Origin: a virus
IMG/VR virus record: IMGVR_UViG_3300032224_000970
Coordinates: 1-64,000 of that record
Strand: one strand, 5' to 3'
Length of the DNA stretch: 64,000 nt
Shown here: piece after piece, positions 1 to 7,313 of the stretch
Numbering within the stretch: position 1 is the first letter of the stretch
How the letters are laid out: every line of letters starts with the position of its first letter
Translations under genes and position numbers: made by a program
The notes under the pieces: model-generated
Database searches by the model: none
Told to the model about the DNA's origin: nothing
Seen by the model: only the letters and a program-made list of their open reading frames with translations

Positions 1-147
1 AATCTTGTAGTTGATGCCATGAGTATGCAGTATTTTGACAACGCTACTATAGATTTTACTAGTGATAAATTAAAAGGATCTCAATTTGTTATATCAAACC
101 CAAATGCCAAATCAACTTGTGGATGTGGAAGTAGTTTCTCAGTCTAA
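1..147 (+). CDS. erpA: ErpA/IscA (HesB family) iron-sulfur cluster carrier, 3' part (truncated by window)
   Basis: Frame 1 reads [48 protein letters not shown], with the A-type carrier NPNA..TCGCGxSF motif. Not in the ORF track. Confidence 0.92.
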   Translation, partial: NLVVDAMSMQYFDNATIDFTSDKLKGSQFVISNPNAKSTCGCGSSFSV

Positions 148-148
148 A

Positions 149-802
149 GTGAAAACATTTATACATCATGATATCCCCAAACTTGAACGTATCACCTCTC
201 CCGATGGATCAAGATTATACAACACACCATCGGGTAGAGCCTATCCCAGCGTTACAACAGTTACAGGATCACAATCAAAAGAGGGAATCCTTGCATGGCG
301 AAAAAGAGTTGGAGCCGAAGAAGCAAATAGAATCACAACCAGAGCAGCAAACCGAGGAACAAGAATCCACTCTCTCTGCGAAGCATATCTCCGCAATGAG
401 AGATGTGAACCTGATATCTTCGATAAAGAGATATTTGGAAGTATATCACCCTTCCTCGAAAGAATAGATAATATACATGCGTTGGAGACACCACTGTATT
501 CTGACCATCTTGAAGTTGCAGGAACTGTTGATTGTGTTGCAGAGTTTGAAGGTAAGATGTCCGTAATTGATTTTAAGACATCTGCAAAAATTAAAACACG
601 AGACAATATTCATGGGTACTTTATGCAGTGCTCTGCATATGCAGTTGCCTTTGAAGAAAGAACAGGAATTCCTATTGGTCGTTTAGTTGTTATAATGGGT
701 GTTGATAACGAAGATCCTTTATTGTTCATCGAGAAGAGAGATACTTGGATCGGTGAGTTTCGTAAACTGAGATTAGAATATAAAAATATGAAAGGTGTAT
801 AA
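149..802 (+). CDS. PD-(D/E)XK exonuclease, T4-like phage type
   Basis: YPSVTTV, RGTRIH and AGTVDCVAEFEGKMSVIDFKTS motifs. GTG start at 149, right after the erpA stop. Confidence 0.85.
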   Translation: MKTFIHHDIPKLERITSPDGSRLYNTPSGRAYPSVTTVTGSQSKEGILAWRKRVGAEEANRITTRAANRGTRIHSLCEAYLRNERCEPDIFDKEIFGSISPFLERIDNIHALETPLYSDHLEVAGTVDCVAEFEGKMSVIDFKTSAKIKTRDNIHGYFMQCSAYAVAFEERTGIPIGRLVVIMGVDNEDPLLFIEKRDTWIGEFRKLRLEYKNMKGV

Positions 803-1123
803 ATGATTCCAATGTTTGACTATGGATCTATCAATGAAGATCATAAAGCTGCAGCAGAAGAATGCGCTAAACTGATTGAATCGCATGTTCCACAAATAGC
901 TGAACAAATTCGTGAGAGATTCAAAATTGTGGAGCCAGTAAGAATGGATCCTGAGACTAGCGAATTCTATAGAACTGCAAGAGAGTTTGGGTTATTTCCA
1001 GCGCAACAGGGTTATATGGTTGGACCAGATGGAGTGCAAATTCCACTTGTTAATGTTTGTGCAGAACTACCGAAGTTTGACCAATTTTTACAACATTATA
1101 AAAATTTGATCTGCAACGAATAA
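803..1123 (+). CDS. hypothetical protein
   Basis: 106-aa ORF abutting the upstream stop; AAGGT SD. Confidence 0.7.
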   Translation: MIPMFDYGSINEDHKAAAEECAKLIESHVPQIAEQIRERFKIVEPVRMDPETSEFYRTAREFGLFPAQQGYMVGPDGVQIPLVNVCAELPKFDQFLQHYKNLICNE

Positions 1124-1134
1124 ATAGGTATAAT
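1106..1134 (+). promoter_or_regulatory. sigma70-type promoter (TTGATC-17-TATAAT) overlapping a late promoter TAAATA (1121-1126), upstream of tmRNA
   Basis: Motifs and 17-nt spacing read directly. Confidence 0.65.
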
Positions 1135-1144
1135 TATGTTTAAG

Positions 1145-1456
1145 TGATATTGCTGTATGAAGCAAAGAGAAAAGTGTTCTGGACGGGAGTTCGATTCTCC
1201 CCACCTCCACCAAAAGTATAATCGATATGCACATAGCATATAGAGACATAAGAAACGTGATTATGCTTCTGATGGGGGTGACTAGGTTTCGACAGGGCAA
1301 AGAGTAACAGAGTGGACAGCACGGTAGGCGATGACCGTAAATCAAGCAAAAACGTAAATGCAAACGATAGCGCATATTATCAGGATCTACGCCTAGCAGC
1401 GTAAACTGATTGGGGTTTCGTCAGCTGTCCTTATTAACCAATCAGCTGACATTTTT
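1145..1456 (+). ncRNA. ssrA: circularly permuted (two-piece) tmRNA; acceptor piece ends CCA at 1212, coding piece starts 1274, tag ANDSAYYQDLRLAA at 1360-1404
   Basis: T-arm GGGAG-TTCGATT-CTCCC then CACCTCC-A-CCA comes before GGGGGTGACTAGGTTTCGAC. The acceptor stem has G3.U70. Inter-piece pairings TGTTCTG/CAGGGCA and TGCTGT/ACAGCA. Tag starts AND and ends LAA-stop. Outer ends approximate. Confidence 0.95.
1420..1456 (+). terminator. hairpin/pseudoknot terminator closing tmRNA
   Basis: GTCAGCTG(1420-27)/CAGCTGAC(1443-50) followed by ATTTTT. Confidence 0.65.
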
Positions 1457-1477
1457 AATTTTATAAAGGTATTGAAT

Positions 1478-1933
1478 ATGAAAAAGGGAATTTTAATTGT
1501 AGCACTTATGGCAGCATTTGGTGCCAACGCTGCTGATCTAAAGACTGAGATTGGTGTTACTGGTAGTCGTGACACTGCTGGTTCAGATCGTTCTGGCTAT
1601 GGTATTACTATCGGACAGAAGTATGACAAAATTGGTTTAACTGCTGGTTTTGATCGTTACACTTCTGGTACTGATCTTAATAAATATAGTGTAGTTGGTT
1701 CTTATGATGTAGCAAACATTGGCAAAGCAACTATTGCAGTTAAAGCTGGTTTTGCTTACTTAGATCAAAAGGGTTCTACTGATGGGTATGCTGGTTTGAT
1801 GGGTGCTGGTGTTTCTATGCCAATCAACTCTAATCTAGCAGCAACTATTGATTATCGTTATCAGGCAGGTCAGAGTCGTGTTAGTTCTTTAGATGGCAGT
1901 ACTATTTCTGCTGGTCTTAAGTACTCGTTCTAA
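1478..1933 (+). CDS. outer-membrane beta-barrel protein (OmpA/Ail/Lom-like, about 8 strands)
   Basis: Sec signal peptide ending ANA-A, alternating beta strands, C-terminal beta-signal AGLKYSF. Confidence 0.85.
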   Translation: MKKGILIVALMAAFGANAADLKTEIGVTGSRDTAGSDRSGYGITIGQKYDKIGLTAGFDRYTSGTDLNKYSVVGSYDVANIGKATIAVKAGFAYLDQKGSTDGYAGLMGAGVSMPINSNLAATIDYRYQAGQSRVSSLDGSTISAGLKYSF

Positions 1934-1951
1934 AATTTCTTGGAGAGAAGT

Positions 1952-2152
1952 ATGAATAAACTTATCGCTTTAATTATGCTTACACTTGCTATGTCAGTAT
2001 CAGCTGCAGATGCACCTAAAAAAGCAACAGCTGATAAGAAGGCTCCAGTGAAGAAAGAAAAATGTGTGCCTTCAAAAGAAGTAGTATGTCAAGATTCTTT
2101 AAAGGGTAAGACTCGTCCTACTCCAAAGAAAAAATCAGAAGACACTAAATAA
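1952..2152 (+). CDS. small exported Lys-rich protein
   Basis: Signal peptide MNKLIALIMLTLAMSVSA; basic mature part with two Cys; GGAG SD. Confidence 0.7.
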   Translation: MNKLIALIMLTLAMSVSAADAPKKATADKKAPVKKEKCVPSKEVVCQDSLKGKTRPTPKKKSEDTK

Positions 2153-2161
2153 TATACACAG

Positions 2162-2197
2162 TGGGTTTGGTAGTCCCAATAAAACTACCGTTTTTTT
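2162..2197 (+). ncRNA. candidate H-type pseudoknot/terminator leader RNA
   Basis: TGGG/CCCA and GGTAGT/ACTACC interleaved, then a T7 tract; late promoter TAAATA at 2146-2151. Confidence 0.5.
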
Positions 2198-2222
2198 ACA
2201 CATTACACACAAGGAGTAAACT

Positions 2223-2498
2223 ATGTCAAATATGACACCTTTCGAGATTCGCCTAGAACTTTTAAAAATGGCGAAAGACATGCTTAACGATGAATACTAC
2301 GGTAAGCGTGAACAAATTAGCAACGACTGGCACATGAAAGTCGAATCTGCTAAACTAAATGGTGGAACGATTCCTGATCATCCAGGATTCCCTTCTATCC
2401 CATCCGAAAATGATATCATTGCAAAGGCATCTGCCTTGAATGGTTTCGTTTCAAACCTCCCTCTAGATACAAAGACTACTACCAAGAAGTCCACCTGA
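2223..2498 (+). CDS. conserved hypothetical phage protein
   Basis: AAGGAG SD; TPFEIRLELLKMAKDML N-terminus resembles T4-like phage hypotheticals. Confidence 0.75.
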   Translation: MSNMTPFEIRLELLKMAKDMLNDEYYGKREQISNDWHMKVESAKLNGGTIPDHPGFPSIPSENDIIAKASALNGFVSNLPLDTKTTTKKST

Positions 2499-2507
2499 TA
2501 TGGGATT

Positions 2508-2535
2508 GGAAAGGTGTGTTCGCACACCTTTCTTT
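2508..2535 (+). terminator. intrinsic terminator with UUCG loop
   Basis: GAAAGGTGTG-TTCG-CACACCTTTC-TTT. Confidence 0.75.
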
Positions 2536-2554
2536 AACTAATTAAGGAGATTAG

Positions 2555-3157
2555 ATGCGAGTATATTTAAAAATACTTTTAATTATAACTGCAATGATTG
2601 TGATGACTGGTGTGGCTACTGCATTGCACACACATGAATTAAAACTACTTGATGTTAAATACAACCAATTAACAAAAGAAGCAAAAAGTCAAGTAGATTG
2701 CCTTGCTGAAAACATTTATCACGAAGCAGGGTATGAACCAGAAGAAGGAAAAATCGCAGTTGCGATGGTGACCTTAAATAGATTGAATGACCCAAGATAC
2801 CCAAAAGACATTTGCTCTGTAGTCAAACAAAAGACACATAGCACTTGTCAGTTCTCTTGGTTCTGCATGCCTGTTCATTTAAACAAAGAGAACAAAGTTT
2901 ATGAACAGGCAATGGATGTTGCTTTACATGTTTATGTAAACTATGAAAAGATGACTGATGTAACACTGGGTGCTCTATATTATCATGCTGACTATGTTAA
3001 TCCAAGATGGAAGTTAATAAAGACGACCACGATCGGACGACATATTTTTTATAAAGAAGGTGTAAAATTTAATGATGACAAAACTAAATCTGCAGTTGAA
3101 AGAAGAAAGCAACTCGAAGCACTCGTTCTTCCTACTGATGGAGGAGATAACACTTAA
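2555..3157 (+). CDS. SleB/Hydrolase_2 family cell-wall hydrolase with N-terminal signal/anchor
   Basis: CLAENIYHEA, AVAMVTLNR, YPKDICSVVKQ, CQFSW, GALYYHADYVNPRW, IGRHIFY. Confidence 0.9.
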   Translation: MRVYLKILLIITAMIVMTGVATALHTHELKLLDVKYNQLTKEAKSQVDCLAENIYHEAGYEPEEGKIAVAMVTLNRLNDPRYPKDICSVVKQKTHSTCQFSWFCMPVHLNKENKVYEQAMDVALHVYVNYEKMTDVTLGALYYHADYVNPRWKLIKTTTIGRHIFYKEGVKFNDDKTKSAVERRKQLEALVLPTDGGDNT

Positions 3158-3632
3158 CAGTGCTAAACAGGCTGTTGAGTGGATAATGGAAGCAAACTTT
3201 TCTGAGGAACCACCTCAACTAATGAATCTAATCATTACATCTCCAGGTGGTGACTTAAATGCTGCATTTGCTTTAGTTGATACGATGAGAGGATCATCGA
3301 TACCAATTAGAACTGTTGGGCTAGGACAGATTGCTTCCGCTGGTCTTATGATCTTTATTAGTGGTACACATGGTCATCGTATTCTTACACCGAATACTTC
3401 GATTCTGTCTCACCAATATTCATGGGGTGTGTTCGGTAAAGAGCATGAACTTATTGCACAGGTTAAAGAGTTTGACCTTACAACTAAACGAATGATTGCG
3501 CACTATAAAAAGTGTACTGGATTGAATGATACTAAAATTCGAGAAGTACTACTTCCACCGCAAGATGTTTGGCTTAGTGCACTAGAAGCAAAAAAGTTAG
3601 GTATATGCGACGATGTTAAAGATCTTAAGTAA
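3072..3632 (+). CDS. clpP: ClpP-family protease subunit
   Basis: ITSPGGD, GQIASAG (Ser), LSHQ (His), QDVWLSALEAKKLGICDDV (Asp). Confidence 0.9.
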   Translation: MMTKLNLQLKEESNSKHSFFLLMEEITLNSAKQAVEWIMEANFSEEPPQLMNLIITSPGGDLNAAFALVDTMRGSSIPIRTVGLGQIASAGLMIFISGTHGHRILTPNTSILSHQYSWGVFGKEHELIAQVKEFDLTTKRMIAHYKKCTGLNDTKIREVLLPPQDVWLSALEAKKLGICDDVKDLK

Positions 3633-3801
3633 CTACTTAAAATACTCTGGGCTATGGATTGGTGTAGTTTTTAATCCACTACAATGGGAGTTTCGTTTTA
3701 CAACAATCCAACCAGATGAATTAAATCCACATGCCCATGGATTTTTTTTAACAGTTGGTCCAGTATGGATCAGGGGAGTAATAGATGATGGCTCTTGGTA
3801 A
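3613..3801 (+). CDS. hypothetical protein
   Basis: 62-aa Trp-rich ORF overlapping the clpP end. Confidence 0.6.
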   Translation: MLKILSNYLKYSGLWIGVVFNPLQWEFRFTTIQPDELNPHAHGFFLTVGPVWIRGVIDDGSW

Positions 3802-3817
3802 ACTTAAAGGAACTACA

Positions 3818-4057
3818 ATGACAGAAAAAACTTCATTGCACATTGGTATGTGCTTGGTCATTATGACTGCACTTGCATGTATCACTTACTACTACGACAA
3901 TCAAAACAAAGCAATCAAGTCTAACATTGAATCTGCAATCGTAAAGGGTATCGATCCTATTGCAGTTCGCTGTTCGTATTCAGGTGAAAGAGACAATATT
4001 TGTCTAGCCTATGCGATGACCCATGGCAAGGTTGACGCACCTGCGGTTAAAAAATAA
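3818..4057 (+). CDS. hypothetical membrane-anchored protein
   Basis: AAAGGA SD, N-terminal TM segment, KGIDPIAVRC motif. Confidence 0.7.
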   Translation: MTEKTSLHIGMCLVIMTALACITYYYDNQNKAIKSNIESAIVKGIDPIAVRCSYSGERDNICLAYAMTHGKVDAPAVKK

Positions 4058-4081
4058 CCCTACAGAGGGTAGGGGATTCGC

Positions 4082-4094
4082 TAAGTCGTTGATT
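4082..4094. promoter_or_regulatory. IHF-consensus site
   Basis: TAAGTCGTTGATT matches YAANNNNTTGATW (reverse complement of WATCAANNNNTTR). Confidence 0.5.
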
Positions 4095-4124
4095 TTAAAG
4101 GGAAAATTTAGTCGTTTTTACCCC

Positions 4125-4153
4125 TTTACTTTTATTCAGGTTTCCTGTATAAT
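4125..4153 (+). promoter_or_regulatory. early sigma70-type promoter TTTACT-17-TATAAT
   Basis: Intergenic motif with canonical spacing; the same -35 recurs at 5811. Confidence 0.75.
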
Positions 4154-4183
4154 TATATTATGTTGATTGAGAAAGGACTTGTT

Positions 4184-4453
4184 ATGAAAAACCTGAATGC
4201 TTACGTTGCAAAAGCCAACCAGTGGACCGCTATCTTCAAAGGTGAGCAGTACACTACTCAAACTTCTGAGGGTCGTCGTCGCATCGCTGAACGAATCGAT
4301 GCTGACCTCAGCCCAGAAAACCTTACCTGCGATGGTGAACTTCCACGCAGTGTCGTGCAAGCCAAGTATCGTGAATTGAATGCAGCTGCAAAAGAGTTGA
4401 TTCAGTTGGACCCTAGCGTTGCCAAATTTATGTATGAATTTTCTGGAGAATAA
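4184..4453 (+). CDS. hypothetical early protein
   Basis: AAAGGA SD; LSPENLTCDGELP motif. Confidence 0.75.
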   Translation: MKNLNAYVAKANQWTAIFKGEQYTTQTSEGRRRIAERIDADLSPENLTCDGELPRSVVQAKYRELNAAAKELIQLDPSVAKFMYEFSGE

Positions 4454-4455
4454 TT

Positions 4456-4803
4456 ATGCAGATGTTGCATACGAATCTTGGTAAGTCTAAGAAGCGTAAG
4501 CCCAACGCTAAGCAACGTGAGTTGCAAAAGTCTTGGGAAGACATGTTGAAGAAGTATGCCACAAAGAAGGTTGCCCCTAAACAGCAATCACTCAGTGATG
4601 TATACTCACTTGGTACACCTGCTTGTCGTGAGACACCTAAGATACCGAGTTTACCTTTTACTGGTGGCGTATGTGCCAAAGCACCAGATAAAGTTTACAC
4701 AGGCACTTTGATTAAAGGTATCGCAACGATGCACAAGTCAAATGCAGTACCAGTGTTTTCCGATGAACAGGCAGTTGAAATTTCAAAAATGCGAAGAGGT
4801 TAA
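4456..4803 (+). CDS. conserved basic hypothetical protein
   Basis: YTGTLIKGIATMHKSNAVPVF motif resembles T4-like phage hypotheticals. Confidence 0.75.
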   Translation: MQMLHTNLGKSKKRKPNAKQRELQKSWEDMLKKYATKKVAPKQQSLSDVYSLGTPACRETPKIPSLPFTGGVCAKAPDKVYTGTLIKGIATMHKSNAVPVFSDEQAVEISKMRRG

Positions 4804-4805
4804 TT

Positions 4806-5072
4806 ATGAATCCGAAATACAACAAAATTGTTTCCCTTGCTACTGAGGGTAAATACGAGGACATTAAAGATGTTCGCCATGAGTTACTTATTGAACGAAT
4901 GAAGATGGACAAATTCTTTTCAAAGTATCTCGATAAGGTTGGTGGTAAAATGGATCCCAACACACCAAACACTCCAATCTGGAAACTCTATCGTTCCAAG
5001 ATGCGTGAGTATGGTGAATTAGAACAAACAATCAAAGCAGCTGATTACTACATAAAGAAGAGCTATGTTTAA
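4806..5072 (+). CDS. hypothetical protein
   Basis: 88-aa ORF with GAGGT SD. Confidence 0.7.
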   Translation: MNPKYNKIVSLATEGKYEDIKDVRHELLIERMKMDKFFSKYLDKVGGKMDPNTPNTPIWKLYRSKMREYGELEQTIKAADYYIKKSYV

Positions 5073-5280
5073 AAACTCAAACGAATTTTCTTTATACATA
5101 GAACAGTTAGTCCAAGAAAAGAGAATGTCTCATATGGACGCTGTTCTTGAATATTGCAAAGAAAACTTTCTTGAACCTCAGGATGTTTCACGTCTTATCA
5201 ATAAGTCTCTGAAGGATAAGATTGAAATGAATTTTCGTGATTTAAATTACTTACCCAAGCAGGCACAACTAGATGTCTAA
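5065..5280 (+). CDS. gp33: late-promoter transcription co-activator
   Basis: FSLYIEQLV..MDAVLEYC..LINKSLKDKIE..LNYL; synteny with gp59-gp32. Confidence 0.85.
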   Translation: MFKNSNEFSLYIEQLVQEKRMSHMDAVLEYCKENFLEPQDVSRLINKSLKDKIEMNFRDLNYLPKQAQLDV

Positions 5281-5455
5281 TTTTCGGTTTACATTTGTAG
5301 CGATCATAGTATTTTTATTAGTACTTGGTGGTTTACTTGAATTTATTCCACGCCATGGCAGAATAGTATATGATTGTAGGATGGCAGAGATCTCGCCAGA
5401 CTTCCCTGTTGAAGTACGTAATGAATGTAGGAAGCGTTATAGTGGACGGATTTAA
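5273..5455 (+). CDS. small membrane protein
   Basis: N-terminal TM segment, YDCRMAEISPDFP..C. Confidence 0.6.
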   Translation: MSNFRFTFVAIIVFLLVLGGLLEFIPRHGRIVYDCRMAEISPDFPVEVRNECRKRYSGRI

Positions 5456-6056
5456 AGCATACAAATATTATATTGCAATCAAATTACATTTCACAAAGGA
5501 TTCATTCGATGTTTTCACAAATCGGGGCAGTGTTAAAGGAACACGTGAAGCGTTCAATGCACGTAATGATAGATATATCTTCGAAAAGCTGGCACGTAAA
5601 TTCCCAGTTGATCGAGATATCATACAATATTATGTATCAAACTTTGCATATGGAAACGAAAGCGTTGTCTACGATCTTGCAGAAGCTGAAGAAAACTACG
5701 CAGAGTGGAACAAGCGTAAACAGTCTATAACAAAAATCTTTGCAGATGACCTCAGCAAGATTTTGATGGATGCTTACAAACGCAAGATTAAAGAATCATC
5801 AATAATAAACTTTACTTTAAATCAATATCCGAGTATACTTAACCTATATCTTGGAAAACAAATTGGGATTGAAACCCTTAGGATCATAGATGACTTCGAG
5901 AATTTACTTGGTACGTGGAAACAACACAGTTCTATGTTATTACTGTGGGAAAACGAGATACGTAAAGTTGAGAAAATTAGAGGATTTGTTAATTACGATA
6001 AAGACAAAGTCTTAACAGTGTTTAATCAATTTAAAGAAGAGATCAAAGAGTTGTGA
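5442..6056 (+). CDS. gp59: helicase loader
   Basis: GTG start; DGFKAYKYYIAIKLHFTKDSFD and RNDRYIFEKLARK. Confidence 0.88.
   Translation: MDGFKAYKYYIAIKLHFTKDSFDVFTNRGSVKGTREAFNARNDRYIFEKLARKFPVDRDIIQYYVSNFAYGNESVVYDLAEAEENYAEWNKRKQSITKIFADDLSKILMDAYKRKIKESSIINFTLNQYPSILNLYLGKQIGIETLRIIDDFENLLGTWKQHSSMLLLWENEIRKVEKIRGFVNYDKDKVLTVFNQFKEEIKEL
5811..5839 (+). promoter_or_regulatory. internal early promoter TTTACT-17-TATACT within gp59
   Basis: Same architecture as the 4125 promoter; lies upstream of gp32. Confidence 0.55.
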
Positions 6057-6058
6057 TC

Positions 6059-6271
6059 ATGGGTAAAACTTACAAGAAACATTCTAACGATGATGAATTT
6101 TCCAGTCAGCGTTCTGGGAAACACGCCAAGCATGCCAATGGCAAAAAAACTGGCGGTATGAAAACGCTAAATAGTTATGTTGAAGAAGATTATGATGAAG
6201 ATCCATTTCACGATGAGATCGATGGCATTCATGATGAGATTTTTATAACACATACTAAAGATACTAATTAA
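6059..6271 (+). CDS. hypothetical protein (basic N-half, acidic C-half)
   Basis: ORF between gp59 and gp32; contains TAAATA at 6168-6173. Confidence 0.6.
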   Translation: MGKTYKKHSNDDEFSSQRSGKHAKHANGKKTGGMKTLNSYVEEDYDEDPFHDEIDGIHDEIFITHTKDTN

Positions 6272-6295
6272 TACTTTTATACAAAGGAAAATACG

Positions 6296-7216
6296 ATGGA
6301 TATTCAAACACTCCGCAAAATGCGCAATCAAGACTTCGGAAAAATCTCTGGAGAATTCGAAAAGATTGCTAATCCCCAATCCGAATCAAAGTCTTTCAAT
6401 GACGATCGCTTCTGGCGTCTTGAAGGAGATAAAGCAGGTAACGGAACTGCTACGATTCGATTCCTCCCACGTGTTGAAGGCGACGAACTCCCATGGGTTC
6501 GAATCTTCTCTCATGGTTTCCAAGGTCCAACTGGTAAGTGGTATATCGAGAATAGTTTGACTACTCTTGGTGAGAACGATCCTGTTGGTGAGTTGAATAC
6601 TCAACTATGGAACAGTGGTTCTGAAGCCAATAAAGAAATTGCACGTAAACAAAAGCGTAAGCTGAGTTTCACTGCTAATGTCTATATCGTTTCTGATCCA
6701 AAGCATCCTGAGAACGAAGGGAAAGTGTTCCTCTTCAAATTTGGTAAGAAAATCTTTGACAAGATTATGGACAAAGCACGTCCTACCTATGAAGATGAAA
6801 AGCCAGTCAACGTATTTGATCTTTGGGAAGGCGCAAACTTCAAACTACGTATGCGTAAGAAAGATGGATACACCAATTATGATGAATCCACTTTTATGGA
6901 ACCAGCACCTGTCTCTGAAGATGAGAATGAGTTGCTGAACATCGTTAACTCACAACATAAACTTGCAGAATTTCTTGATCGTAAGAACTTCAAGTCTTAT
7001 GATGAGTTGAAGAAGAAACTCGAGCAAGTCCTTTCAGGAGATAGTTTTGTAGCGAAGTCTGCTGCAGAAATTGCTGAGGAAGATCGTCCTGTTGCAGCAG
7101 CACCTAAAATGGCTTCTGCTCCCGCACCTGCTCCTAAAGTAAGCAAGTCAGCACCTTCACTTAATGAAGATGATGACGTAATGGGTTACTTTGAGAGAAT
7201 TGCGAAGGAAGACTAA
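6296..7216 (+). CDS. gp32: single-stranded DNA-binding protein (Cys-free type)
   Basis: DDRFW, IRFLP, SHGFQGPTGKWYIENSLTTLG, FKFGKKIFDKI, FDLWEGANFKL; acidic tail. Confidence 0.97.
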   Translation: MDIQTLRKMRNQDFGKISGEFEKIANPQSESKSFNDDRFWRLEGDKAGNGTATIRFLPRVEGDELPWVRIFSHGFQGPTGKWYIENSLTTLGENDPVGELNTQLWNSGSEANKEIARKQKRKLSFTANVYIVSDPKHPENEGKVFLFKFGKKIFDKIMDKARPTYEDEKPVNVFDLWEGANFKLRMRKKDGYTNYDESTFMEPAPVSEDENELLNIVNSQHKLAEFLDRKNFKSYDELKKKLEQVLSGDSFVAKSAAEIAEEDRPVAAAPKMASAPAPAPKVSKSAPSLNEDDDVMGYFERIAKED

Positions 7217-7266
7217 ATTTATTTTCAAATCTAGTCAACCGATCTATAGGCTGAAGCGTTAATTAT

Positions 7267-7297
7267 AGTGGAGGGGAATGTCTCTTCTCCACTTTTA
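7267..7297 (+). terminator. hairpin downstream of gp32
   Basis: AGTGGAGGGGA/TCTTCTCCACT stem followed by TTT. Confidence 0.55.
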
Positions 7298-7313
7298 AAA
7301 AGGAAACTTTAAA

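Noticed and set aside
86-148. N-terminal extension of the exonuclease in the ORF track
   Set aside because: Overlaps erpA; GTG at 149 is the more plausible start
1088-1375. Minus-strand ORFs 1088-1375 and 1140-1349, or a plain tRNA near 1180-1212
   Set aside because: Antisense shadows of tmRNA; the T-arm/CCA has no upstream D or anticodon arm and pairs with the downstream GGGGGTG
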